Assembly: GCA_973895155.1 (NCBI GenBank)
Contig: OZ316894.1
Span: 7,774,234-7,838,233, forward strand
Direction of reading: 5' to 3'
Origin: Marsupella aquatica
Taxonomy: Eukaryota > Plantae > Marchantiophyta
Length of the DNA stretch: 64,000 nt
Shown here: positions 25,626 through 38,508 of the stretch, in pieces
Layout: every line of letters starts with the position of its first letter
Position numbering within the stretch: the stretch's first letter is position 1
Notes under the pieces: generated by a model
Database searches by the model: none
What the model saw: only the letters and a program-made list of their open reading frames with translations
What the model was told of the DNA's origin: nothing
Made by a program: the position numbers and the translations under genes

Positions 25626-27496
25626 ATCATAGTCAACGCTGGTTGTCTTTTAGTAGATATGGCTAGAACATGGCTGTGTAATTTGTTGACTCCAATTTCT
25701 CTTAACTTGTTTATCCATTTGGTAATAAATGTGGGAAACCATCCCACTGAATTTAAGTCCTTCTACTTTGGAATCAAGTTTTATATGTCCTTTATGTTGA
25801 TGATTTGTAAAGGAATAACGTTTTTGGTAATGCCGATATTTATAAGATATTTGTAATAGATTATAGCAACCCTAATTTCATCTATTATATCTTCCATTTT
25901 GGATAATTCATCAAGATAATTTTCATATGAACTATGAAGTTGATAAACTAAAATTGTGATATAATTCACATACTAGTCCGTGTCCTTCTTGTTTCATGAA
26001 ACAAAATGTTTGTTTATTCAGTTCTTGCTTGGATAGTGTTGCCCGTAGTGTTGATAAAATTCCAGATTTGTTTATTGTTTCTATTGAAGTATTGGAAACG
26101 GCATCTTTATATAAGAAAAGCTCCGAGTTAAATGTCATGCATTGACCCGTCATCTTTGAAGGTATACACGACTGTGTAGTTAATTTGTCCTTCGAGCATG
26201 GTTGACTTCAATTTTTGTAATAGCTCTAAATGAATATAATATCAATAAAAATACCTTAAAAAACTTTTATGAAAATATCTGACACAAAAAAGTGTGAGCA
26301 TTTAACTTGTATGTTACATTAGTTCTGTACAACTCTATATAAAGCCATAAAGGGTCATTGATATGAATTATTTTGAGTTTTTCATGCTTTTTTTTTCATA
26401 ACGGAGTATCCTTACAAAATAATCCATTTTATCCACTATGATGTATTTCTACTATTGTACCACTTCCAATAACTATTATAAATAGCCATCTACTATTTTA
26501 TTGAGGATGGCATCTTGGGGGGGTCACTTCCACGGAAGTGGCACATCACGTGCAACGAAGTATAGGCCCATTTAAATGAGTGTGGCGGAAGACTTCCAAA
26601 GTTTGGTGGAAAAACACATAGGGCATGTTTTATTGACTGGTCAACTTTAAAGAACACATAGGCCTATTTAATTGCAAAAAACACTTTCTTTAAACTTTTT
26701 AGGGGTTTTTTAATAAAAAATAACAAAATTTAAAGAAAGAAAGGGCTTTGCAAAAAAATATTTTTCACTTATAAGTTAGGGGGGTCAAACCCTAAAACGT
26801 CGCACGCGATGTATGGCCCTCCATATAGTGACCCCCCTGAGGATGGCATTATGATTCAAAGATTTATCTTGTCAATATTTTCTATTGATCTAAGCCGTTT
26901 AATTTCTTCATCTCGTTCCCAAAATGTGATTTTTGCTGTTGATCCTTCATTGTCAAAAATGTCAATAGTCCATCTTTCTAATCTGTTTCTATTCTATTGA
27001 ACAAATTGCATAATTGATTCCTCAGCTTCTGTAACTGAAGTAGGTGTTGTCACTACCTCTATTATGGCTCCAATTTTTGTTTTTAGTCTCATAAATATAA
27101 TTGAGCCACTGATAACATCATTGATTGACGATGTCTTTGTGAAGTCGTTGTTGGTTATTTCAAATTCTTGATTAATCATTATAAAATGACTAGTTATATA
27201 TTATTTTTTATTTGCTATAAATTGAAATTGTGGATAAAAATTTCCCCACCAATTGGTAATGTAGCCAGAAATGAATAGTTTGGTGTTCCTCTTCATTTGG
27301 AAATAGACCATACTTTTATCACTAAAACATTGTTACTTCGATTACTATTGTTGGCAAGATAGCATGCTGACATAGTTGGATTTATTGTGGTTTTGATGCC
27401 CCATTGTTGGATTATTGTAAATGTTAAAATCCAATTTTCAACGACTTGTTCTTTATTGTTTTGAAACCAAATAATCAATCCACAAAAATTGATAGG
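25626..27496 (-). pseudogene. N-terminal part of the same Helitron RepHel ORF (decayed); probably continues at 47273-47560
   Basis: Same strand and AT-rich coding-like composition as the Rep remnant. Fragments KMTGQCMTF, DEIRVAII and YS..N.W.G-like sequence near 27245. The TSD of the intervening LTR element joins 27496 to 47273. Confidence 0.45.
26518..26837. mobile_element. 320-bp TIR element with a ~16-bp flanking direct repeat
   Basis: TIR ggggggtcact / agtgacccccc. Flanks are tgaggatggcatcttg (26502-26517) and tgaggatggcattatg (26838-26853). Confidence 0.7.
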
Positions 27497-29689
27497 TGTT
27501 ACAAGGTAGGTAATCTTGTAATAGATTAACACACCAATACACCAGCAAGAATAAATAATAACCATTAGAGGTCCAAGAGATATATACATATGGAGGTAGT
27601 TATGGTAACTACCTCTTCCCTAAACTCTAGATGTTAACCTAATCCATTGGTTATAACACACCCCTTTGGTTATTTTATAGGATATAAGAAAACCACACTA
27701 GGGTTAACATTTAGCCTTAATGGATTAAGTATTTACTGTGGTAGCCATTGGTGTGGTCTCATTAAAACCCTCCTACCTTTATTTGAGGGAAAGAGTGCCA
27801 CCACCACATGCTATAGAACCATTTTAGATTAAGTGGGTAAATACATATAGTGTATATGCAATTTGTACAAAGTCTCTTAATGCCTATGTCAACACTATGG
27901 GATTGTGGAAGATCCTTCTAAGTGGTTTGTGTTAGTAAAATTGGCTGCGTCATGCATCTCGTTCCATGCTGGCAATGAAGAATTCTTGATGTTCATAGAT
28001 TACATGCAAGGAAATAAATACAACAAGATATTAGTTCAGGATGAAGATGATATGGTGAGTTGTAATCCTAGGTCTTGGAACCGTTTGGAGTTCCAATCCT
28101 AGATTGGGTGTTGGCATAACCTGGTCACACCATAACATATACCATATCCATATCATAGAGATATCCAATTAAGATATGGCACACCATCTCTTGTGGTGCC
28201 TTACCAAGCCATATCTCACCTTATGGTACCTTACAACCTGATACAGTACCTCATATGATCATATGATACGATATCATGCTAAGGTCTATTTTATTTCCAA
28301 ATTTAGTAGTCATTATATGTTATCCAATATTAATGAATGAACGTGTGAACATATATCCCTTCCAATTGTAAGAAGATTCCTCATTTTTCAGAATTGGCCA
28401 TATGCAAGGAATATAGTTCCATTTTAAATATTCATTGTTGCAAAAGGCACTCGTGCAGTGGGCACATCCCATGGGTTGTATTGCTTGATGCCAAGTCTTT
28501 CATGAGGGTTCCCCCTCAAATTGTCAAATATTTTTCCTTTTTGCCTGAGTGTGTTGTAGACACTCATCTGCTTCCATGTGTAGTAGGCACAAAGCTTTTA
28601 AGTGCAGTAGGCACCATGAGGAAAAAATATCTCCCCCAAAATTTGTGAAATTAATTGGGAGATTTTTACATCGTAACATTTCCAATAAGTGGTGTTTGTT
28701 TTTATGGCTTTCATTCCCCGTTCTTCCTTAAATTCATTTTAATTTTATAGATTTGAGCCATGAAAGCCCAACAGCAAGGGGAACAAGCAAAATCAGCAGC
28801 ATCGCCAAAGTGAACACAAGTATTCCAAAGAGCACACAGAGCAAGTAACTCAATTCCCAGAGTCTTTCCGAGGCCAGACCGTCTACCTATCAGATGTTGA
28901 GCATAGACAACGATCGCAACGGCAAGCCTATGAACCATCCAACGCACAATAGTCGACACAGAGAGATACATGGTTCATGGGCTTGCCATTGTGATCGTCG
29001 TCTATGCTCAACAATTGATATCAGAGCATGCCTGTGAGGTGACGAGGTTTTTTTGTGGTGGTTTTCCAGCGTTCAGTGTCGGTGTTGCATTTGGAGTTTC
29101 ATGGCATGAAACTAGAATGAGTGTGGCTGAACGGATAGATTAGTGAGAGGGATTTCTATCGGTGTATAGAACTCACTGGTTGGTATCCGTGGTGCGGAGG
29201 AATTGGAGTTTGCGTCATTTTGTATTTATTCGTGTTCGAGGGTTTTTCGGGGGAGAGACTAGAGCTCGTGTTTTCAACGGTGTGAGCGGTGCGGTGCTGA
29301 AGGTGTCGCATGTTATAGCTCAAGTTCGAGGTTAAGGAGAGCTGATCATTTCGGTAGCTGAGTTGCTGCCGAGTGGTTACCGAGTGCGTCATGACGAGTG
29401 AAAGAAGTGTTCAGGTTTTTTCACGGGCTATGGAGCTTGTTCCCATCTGAACCGGGTTTCTCATTGTGACGTCCGACTTGGAGGAAGAAACGCAAAGTGT
29501 TACGGCTCAACAGTGAGATCGCGGCGAGGCGGTCGTTTTGAATCCAGGATTGGCACTTGACGCGAAGTGATGACGACGCGACAAAAGTTTTTTCTTTGCT
29601 GGAGCAGCAGAGTGTGCCGGTGCAATTCGACAACTTTTTCCGTCGACGGCATTCACTTTTCTCATGTAAACGACAGTGGCAAAGGTGTG

Positions 29690-30730
29690 TAATCGACTCT
29701 TTTGTCAATTCTGGTGTGGGTGATTGCATTGGCACGGTGCTCGCTACCAGGGAGTCTTCCTTATCCACCAAAACCTCAAATGGGTTGCTTGTCGATGGTG
29801 CATGTGCTACGTGTTCCTTCTCTTGTCTTCCTCTCCAAGTCTCAATCACTTTACGTTTCACCTGAATGAAACCATCTTCAGTGGCTGTTTTTGTATCCTT
29901 CTCCACTGTTGCTTTGACCTGTTGTAAGCTGGATGTTACCTCTCTTTCTCCCGTGGTTGCAGCCATCTTCTTCTTGGTTGGGCAATGTCGCGCCTGGTGC
30001 CCTCGCTTCCTGCAGACAAAACAAGCATCTGGCATAGACCGATACTCAACTGGCACTATCTTGAATTCTCTGATGCCTGGTAGATTGAAAATTATATATT
30101 CCACCAGATCTTGATTAAGGTCAATGAGTACACAGCCTCTAATGTGAGGAAATCTGCTACGAGAATGTAATGTTGCTGCATAGACTACTCTCCCAACTGC
30201 TGCAAGTAGTCCATGTGCGTAAATCTCCATAGCTGGGTGAACCATTGGTAAGTCTATCCACACAAGTGCTTGAGAACTCCGCATTGATTGAGCATCAAAA
30301 TCTGGGGCCCACAGCATTGCCATTAAAATTGTGTGACTCACATAAAATATTGTGACTCACATTATTTCAGGTGTCATTTTAATTACAAGTCACATGAAAT
30401 CACACTTTTGGTCTCACTAATTGAGGGGTTGGCCTTGAATACTGCAGACTGAGAATAGAGAAACAAAAGTGAGACTGAAGTGGCCTCTCATTGATACAAA
30501 ATAAAGTGTGTGACTTAACATACTTAATTAGTGTGATTGGGGTTAGAAAAAATGTTCACACAATTTAGTGTGAGTCATTCTAATTTTGGTGTATTTACAA
30601 TGGACAGTGAAATTAAAATGGCAATGAGGACGATGCTTCTCTTGTCTGTAGTAGACAATTGTGTATGGAGGTAGTACTATCTCCGGATAGTCTCTCATAG
30701 GATTACTTTAGACATTTGGCAAGACTCAGT
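29690..30730 (-). pseudogene. LINE ORF1 fragment (DUF4283-like region plus CCHC zinc knuckle) inside the copia leader
   Basis: LWAPDFD..VWIDLP..AAVGRV..IRGCVLIDL..CFVCRKRGHQARHC in ORF 29421-30341; a different family from the host LINE ORF1. Limits approximate. Confidence 0.75.
30315..30626. mobile_element. 312-bp MITE with CATTG..CAATG termini (EnSpm/CACTA-like) and 2-bp TSD
   Basis: TIR cattgccattaaaatt / aattaaaatggcaatg with ag on both sides. Internal gtgactcac/gtgagtca repeats. Removal restores the LINE ORF1 frame SIVLWAPDFD. Confidence 0.65.
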
Positions 30731-33700
30731 CTACACAGTTTTCTTTGGAGTCTTTTTTGCTTTTAAAGGGGTTTTAAACACTCTTTTGGGTGTATACTGT
30801 GTGTGTATTATACACACACAATATTGGCCGGCCCCTTGTACCCTCATTTTCTCTCCCATTTGCAACCACGACGACGAGCTGCGCAGCGCTGGCCGGCGCT
30901 TTTTGCGCGCTCGTACGCCCTCTGCCATACCCCGCCGGTCACTGCCCTTTGCGGTAGTACGCCGCTTGTACGCAGTTGCAGCCTCGTACCGCCTTGATGC
31001 CTGCCATACGCCCGGCCCCGTATTCAAAGGATTTTTCTTAAGGGGCCTTAAAACCCCTTTTGGGCCCGGTTAATATTTTCCCTCCTCCCTCCTTATTGGT
31101 TCTGCCTTGTGCCGGGACCTGCCAACCCCGGATTTAACCGCTTGGACAGGGGGAACGGCCCTTTGTGACCCCTGCGGTAGTGTACAAAGAATATTCCCAA
31201 AAAATAGAGAGCTGTTTTTTGGCCGTCCAACAAAGATTCCGCGTGTCGAACGGTAATTTTTTCGGTTCTTTTTTGGTGAGGTCGTAGCCATTGAAGTTAG
31301 CAATGCGGCGCACCAATTGAATTGCAATTTTGACGATGGGTTGTACTTGGCATTTTGGTTATTCCCTGAGGTGGTCAAAATTGGGGAGTTTCCCAAGGTT
31401 TTACCCACCCCGACCGGGATTTGAATAACTTTTCCGTCGAACTTCAATTTTGATTTTGGTTTTCAATGTTGGACACCTAGCTTTGTGGGCTACGCAGCGA
31501 TGTTTAGTTTTGAGTGTTTTGAGAATTTGTGAAAAACAATATTTTTTTGTGATTTTCTCATATGAGTGATTCGAAGGAGATTTTCAAAGACATGGAACTT
31601 GAAGCACGAGGATCACCGCGATGGTTTGAGGTGGAGAGAGAGGAGCAGGAGGAAGAGCACGTGACACCGGTACCATCACCGGTGCGGCGTATGGTGGAGG
31701 AAGCTGTTCTACTACCAGAGCTCACGGTAGTGCAAAAGAAGAAGATGGGGACGTTCAAGCTTGGGGGACCCAAGTATGAAGTGACAAAATATGATGGGCG
31801 CTCTCACTACTTGCTATGGGAGAAGCAGATAAAAGGAGTGCTCTATGCGTCAAAGATGGGCCAACTGCTGAGCTCTTGTGAAGACGATGTTGATGAGAAA
31901 CAATGGGACCGCATGCAGGAGCAGGAAGTGTGGTGTGTTACACTCTATCTCATGTCTCCCATCATCAAGCAGTTGGGTGCACATAAGGATTGCAGAGCAA
32001 GTATCACCGCAAGGAGTTGTCAAACCGGCTCTATACTTCCTACAAACTGATGAGTTTCAGGATGAAGGAATCCGGTATGAAATTGCAGGACCATGTGGAT
32101 GCTTTCAACGACATGGTCATTGACTTGGAAAACCTTGGGGAGACTTTGAATGATGAGACGAAGGCTTTGTAGCTTCTCAGTTTATTGCCTCCATCTTACC
32201 AGTCCGTATCACGGGTGTTGTTGCATCATGATAGGGATACCATTTCATACAATGACGTGGTAAGTTCTTTGCTTAGTGATGATCTTCAGCTGAAGATGCA
32301 CATCACGTCACAGTCGTCTTCATCTGGCGCTGCCCTCAATATTAACCGTGGGAGGAGTATGCAGCGACCAACTAGGGACGGTCGTAGAACCCAGTTTAGA
32401 TCTAAGTCCAGATCTAAGTCCAGGGGTAAATCCCCTCAGAGGAGGCAGGTGACATTGGAAGTGCAACCAAGTTGGACACTTCAAGCGAGACTGTAAGGGA
32501 AAGGCAGCTGAATCTTCATCGGCAAATATGGCTAGGGCTGATGGAGAAGCTGATTTACTCAATGATGAGTATGTATTATGAAGCCGAGGGTATGCCTTGT
32601 GCACATCATCTAGGAGAGCAGATGATGTGTGGATTCTTGATTGTGCTTGCTCTTTTCACATTTATTACATTCGAGAGTTTTTTTAATTCTTACTCTATTT
32701 CAAACAGTTTAGTTTTGATGAGAAATGATCACTCTTGTCAAATTGAGGGTATTGGATCTGTGAAGATTCAAATATTTGATGGCGTTGTGCGCACAGTATC
32801 TGGAGTCAGGTATGTACCTAGCATGCGTAAGAATCTGATTTCACTCGGTGTATTGGATTCAAATGGTCATCAATGGAGCGTTATTGATGGTGACGTTCAA
32901 GTCAGGTCGGGAGAGACAGTGATTTGAAGGGAAGCAGACAAAAAAATTTGTATGTGTTGCAGGGCAATACTGTATGTGGAGAAGCCAATGTAACCAAGTC
33001 TCACGGGGAGATAACTCAACTGTGACATTCACGGCTAGGCCACATGAGTAAGAAGGATTTGGCTATCTTACAAAAGAATGGACTCATTTATGATTTTCAA
33101 TCTTGTAAATTAGAGTTTTGTGAGCATTGCATTCTTGGAAAGTAACATCGTCATGCTTTCGGTGTTGGAACTCATCGTTCCAAAGTGGTTCTTAAGTACA
33201 TACATAGTGACGTGTGGGGTCCATCCCCAACTCCCTCACACTCTGGAAAGTTGTACTATGTATCATTTATTGACGATTACTCAAGATTTGTGTGGATTTA
33301 TTTCATGACACATAAGTCTGATAAGTGGAAGGCCCAGGTGGAGAATTAGACTGGAAACACGGTCAAGTGTTTGGATACAAGGGTAAAGAGTCTGAGGTCA
33401 GACAACGGTGGGGAGTACACTTCAGTGGAATTTGAAGAGTACTGTTCAATACAGGGGATAACTTGCCATCTCACCACAGTAAATACTCCGTAGCAGAATG
33501 GTGTTGCTGAGAGGCTCAATTGGACACTGTTGGAGCGGTCACGGAGTATGTTGAGCCAATAAGGTTTACCACAAGAATTTTGGGCATAAGCTGTCAATAT
33601 TGCAGCTTATTTGGTAAATCTTTCTTCTTCTAGTGCTATCAATTTCAAAACGCCGTTTGAGATGCGCTATAAGCGGCAAGCAGACTATCATGGCTTGGTA

Positions 33701-34643
33701 GTTTTTGGAAGTGATGCATATGCTCTCACACCAAAGCAGAATAGGACCAAGTTGGATCCTACCTCCAAGAAATGTATTTTTCTTGGGTACCAGAGTGGTG
33801 TGAAAGCCTATAGGCTATGGGATCCTATTGCCTGTAAGCTCGTTGTCAGGTAGGGATGTTTCCTTCAATGAATCCAGATTATTGAAGGAGGGGGAGAATA
33901 CTCAGGTCTCCCATACTGACAAAGGAAAATCTCCTATCCCGGATCTCGTTGAGGGGGAGATTGATCATGAGGTGCATGAGCGGAGAGAAGGAGTTGCTCC
34001 AATTATGGAGTTGGTTCCTGTGCCAGAGAAACTAGAGAAGTTTGTTGATGCTGGTGAGCAACAAGTGGATGTTGCTAAGCTTTAGATTGTACCAGCACAC
34101 GCAGATCAACCGGAGTCATCGGCTAGAAGAACACCTGGTCGCATTGTATGCACTCCACCAAGGTATGGACAGTGGGTTGATTCATCTCAGTTGCAAGAGG
34201 AGGATTTTGTTACTGACGATGAGGGTGATGCGTTGATTTTGGAAGGAGGTGAACCTTCTTCATTTCATGAAGCAAGTGCTTCAAAGGAGAAGCAGGAGTG
34301 GACTGCAGCAATGCAAACGGAGATGCAGTCACTGAAGGACAACAAAACTTGGGAGCTTGTCAAGCTGCCAAAGGGACAGCAAGTGGTGGACAGCAAGTGG
34401 ATATACAAGCTGAAGGATCAGTCCACGGGAGGTGGATCAAAGGTCTACAAGGCTAGGTTGGTAGCCAAGGGATTCACACAGGAAAAATGTGTGGATTACA
34501 ATGAGGTCTTCTTACCAGTTGCTAAGTACTCAACAATATGGCTATTGTGTGTGCTTGTTGTTATGTTTGGTCTGCTGCTAGATCAGATGGATGTTGTCAC
34601 AGCTTTTCTCTATGGCACCTTGGAAGAGGTGATCCTCATGAGA

Positions 34644-36488
34644 GGTGGAAAGCAAGATTGAGGGGTACCAAAAAATGCAAAAAGGACTATGGATTAGCTC
34701 TCATAGTCCTCATTAAAAAAGGAGATTAGCAAGGAGTAAATTAAAGATTGACACACTTCCTCAAAGGTTGGACACAAGTGGTGGACCTTGCCACCCAACG
34801 CCCTCACCAATCCCAACACTCACGCCTAAGTGCCCTTGGTGCCCGAACGCCTCCACGGAATACCCCGAGCAAGTAACCTAGTGCCCCTTGCACCGCCAGC
34901 GGCCCCTCCCATACGAAGCCGCACTTGCTCTCTAACATGACCGCTACTCAACAGTCCTCCCTATCCGCACAAGCAACCAAACACCTCGGTAAGTAACCCT
35001 TTAGGATCTAGAACTCGCCAAATCTAGCATCCTAACTCAAGCTCAACAGATCGACATTGCTAAATAGGTTAGCAATAGGTCCTCCCGATGCCATAAGCCG
35101 GAACCAGAACCCACGCCCACTGTCCGTCCAGGACAACCCTTCCTTGGGTGCGGCCCGGGTTTCCCCTCGCACCTATCCATCACCAACTGACCGCCCTGAC
35201 CCCAGGACATGCTCATGGCCCAAATAGCGTAGCTTTTTCTAAAGCTTGTCCCAAGCTTGTCTCAACGCGTCGGGACCAGAATGGCCCCGACTCTAACAAC
35301 CGCTCCCGGTTTGCCCCACTGATGGTCTAGGGACCGAGCGCCCTTGGGACTCAGCCTCCATACCTACTTGGCCTTGCCTGCCCAACGCAAGCTCCCTTGG
35401 GAGGCTGAATGCGGCTTGGCTACTGTTTGGCAGGATATGGCAAGCAGGCGAGCTAAAACCCGTAAACCATGAGATCCCATGGAACCCCCGGACCCATCTG
35501 AGTTCAGGAAGGCGTAGCCCTCCTCAAGAGCTTTCCAACACACCCAAGAAGTCCTCCAACGGACTTCCCGTTGGGAAGATATCGCCATTTCCGTTTGGCA
35601 ATTTCCTTTAGTGTCGCGACCGCCGCGGCTCACGACTTCGGCTCGGCCTTAGCCCCCAGGGAGACACCACTCCCCTCATATATGCTTCTGGAGACCTGCC
35701 ACCCCCGGACCAGCTTTGTATCCTAAATATTTGGCCCCCAACCCGGATCCCATCGAGCATAATGGGCGCGCCACCAACTGGCAATGCCCATAACTTTCTT
35801 GATAGGCATCCGCAAGCGGAGTGCCTTAGCCCGTTGTGACCGGGCCGACCCAGTGCTCATGCCTAGGCCCTCAGGTCTGATCGCCGCTCGGGGTCCCCGA
35901 CCGGCCCAACCCGGATCGGGCCACAACTTGCGCCCCAAGCGTCCGTTTCCAATGGCGTCAACTCCATTGGCCTTGGGCCCAAGAGGAGCTCACTCCCAAG
36001 CTCTCAGAACTCAAAGTCCATCCGACGGTCCGGACGGCCATCCTTGAGCCCGGCCCATTTCCCCTTGACCCGACCAGCCATAGGCTAGTCCAAGTCCTTA
36101 GTGTGTGTCCCCAGCTTGGCCCCTTGCCTCGCTAGTGCCACGTCTCATTGCCCACAAGTCTCCCCATGCTTAAGTCCTCCCCGGATGGCCTATCCGGGCC
36201 TGGACCATAAGGGACTTTGACGCCGGAGCTAAGTGTTAAGGTAGTCGAGTTCCGCGACTACACACTTCCTCAAAGTTGGACACACTTCCTCAAAGTTTTG
36301 TACACTTCCTCGAAGATGGGGCACACTTCCAAAGATCTAGTTTAAGTGATAGCCTTTGATGTGCCAAAATAAGATCACAACCCTTGAGTGTAACACCCCC
36401 TAATTTATTGCATTCAAAGGACTCTCAGGTCCTTTTGGTGGAGACATTGGAGATACTTTTTTGGTACCGCTCAATCTTGCTTTCCACC
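34644..36488. mobile_element. Non-autonomous TIR element (~360 bp own sequence) with 4-bp TSD, inserted in the copia RT
   Basis: ~31-bp TIR ggtggaaagcaagattgag(g/c)ggtaccaaaaa. TSD gaga at 34640-34643 and 36489-36492. Internal ~21-bp repeats cacacttcctcaaagttgga. Confidence 0.88.
34777..36259. mobile_element. GC-rich 1483-bp solo-LTR-like insertion with AGT..ACT termini
   Basis: TSD acaca at 34772-34776 and 36260-36264. Ends are agtggtgga..tccgcgact. Removal restores one unit of the host 21-bp array. Confidence 0.65.
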
Positions 36489-37134
36489 GAGATAGCCGCT
36501 AGGTTTTGTGAAGAAAGGGCAAGACTAGAGGATTTGGTTTGCAGATTGCTGAGATCCTTGTACAGGTTGAAGCAGTCACCAAGACAGTGAAATAAGCGGT
36601 TTGATGATTGGATTCGTGCACAAGGCTTTCACAGGAGTGTGTTTGACCCATATGTGTATCTTAAACCGGTGAAGAATATTGTTTTTGGGTTCATTGTTTT
36701 AGTACTTTATGTGGATGACGTGCTTATTGCGGCCAAGAATAGGTCAGAGATTGTTAAGCTCAAGGCACTGCTAAGAGAATTTTGGGTATGGAGATCACTA
36801 GGAACTTTAAGGCTGGCAAGCTATGGTTGATGCAGAGCAGTTATGCGAGGAAGGTAATTGCAAGGTTCAACATGGGGGATAGCAAGCTAGTGAGTACCCC
36901 GTTGGCTCCACACTTCAAGTTGTCATCAGCTTTCTGTCCTACGAAAGACACTGAGAAGGGGTTAATGTCAAAGGTTCCGTATGACAAGGCAGTGGAGAGT
37001 CTCATGTATTTGATGACTTGCACTAGACCTGATCTTGCCATGGCTATGGGCAAGGTGAGCAGGTACATGTCAAATCCAGGGAAGGTACACTGGGAAGCAG
37101 TGAAGTGGATTATTCGGTATTTGAAAGATACCAT

Positions 37135-38508
37135 TGTCCGGGTGACCATGTTTTCTGGTAAGAGCATGTTGGCTCTTATGAAGTCAACCTTGCATGCCCA
37201 TAAGTTCTACACTAAAACCAAAATGATAACTCTTGTAAGAAGGGTGATGGGTATTAAGAAAGGTTAAGGTGAAACTAATATACTATTAAATCCTACTTCA
37301 CCATACTTGCGGATCAACACATCTCAAAAACTAATTTTTCTACGACATACAATCCTAATATCTCCAAAAGAAAATAAAGTAGGAATGTCATCTGGACTCC
37401 TATTTAGATCCATGACTCAATAAAGGACAAAGATAATACACTCCCACTCCTCTCGATAAGACACCACTGGGTACACTATTGGCTCATTAGAACTCATAAC
37501 AGCAGCTACAAATTGAACTCCAAAGTGATAAGTTAAGTGTTGCTTTATGGATAGCTTGTCTAAAAGATGGACTCTAACCAAAAATGGGTTACAAAGAGAA
37601 AGAATTAGGGTTATCTCTCCCTCCTGGATTCATAATGACTTTCTTGTTCCTTTGCTATCCGGGCCAAAGGATGCCCCACCCCTAAGTTCCCAAAGAGACC
37701 TTGTTCCCTAAGGTCCCATCTATAAGTCTATCACTCATTCCTTTGCTATTCGGGCCAAAGGATGCCCCACTACTATGTACATAAGGCAAAGAATAGAAGA
37801 GAAAAATGAGAGAAGAAAAGAGAATCGCTTCGACGCGGAAATTATCAAAATGTGGGAATGAGGAGAGAGTGCCCCTCACCACTTTATTTATATTGAATCC
37901 AAGAGGGCATGGATTACGCCCAACCGCTTGGATGAAAGCCAAGTGGCACACATCCAACGTAGGAATTTGTGCTAGTACTATTGCAATCAAAACAAATAAT
38001 GCATGCAAGTAAAACAACTAATACATGCACCTAAACAATTTGTGCATGCATGCACCTTGTGGCTTGCACATTTGCTCACCTTGCATGCGCATAAAATAAC
38101 TAATGCATGCAAATAAAACAATTTGCATGCACCTAAAACAATTTGTGCATGCACCTTGTGGCTTGCACATTTGCTCACTTTCCATGCACATAAAACAACT
38201 AATGCATACAAATAAAACAATTTGCATGCATCTAAAATAATTTGTGCATGCACCTTGTGGCTTGCACATTTGCTCACCTTGCATGCACATAAAACGACTA
38301 TTGCATGCAAATAAAATAATTTGCACATGCATCCAAATAATTTGTGCATGCATCTTGTGGTTTGCATAGTTGCTTACCTTGCATGCACAAACGTAATGAT
38401 CAAATTATTTAGTTACCCCGTAACAATATATAAATCTAACCTATATACTTACTTATATACTTAGTGGTAATGATTTCATCATGATCAAATAATTGAATTA
38501 TCACGACA
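37135..38508. mobile_element. Solo LTR-like insertion (1374 bp) between copia RT and RNase H
   Basis: Termini tgtc..gaca. Flanks ccat / tcgt are both derivable from a 4-bp ccgt TSD. Removal restores YLKDTVDHGLLF. Confidence 0.75.
37990..38390. repeat. Tandem repeat, ~108 bp unit, about 3.5 copies, within the solo LTR
   Basis: Repeated aatttgtgcatgcaccttgtggcttgcacatttgctcaccttgcatgcacataaaa. Confidence 0.9.

Noticed and set aside
37987-38367. Cys/His-rich repetitive ORFs
   Set aside because: Translations of the 108-bp tandem repeat inside a solo LTR.
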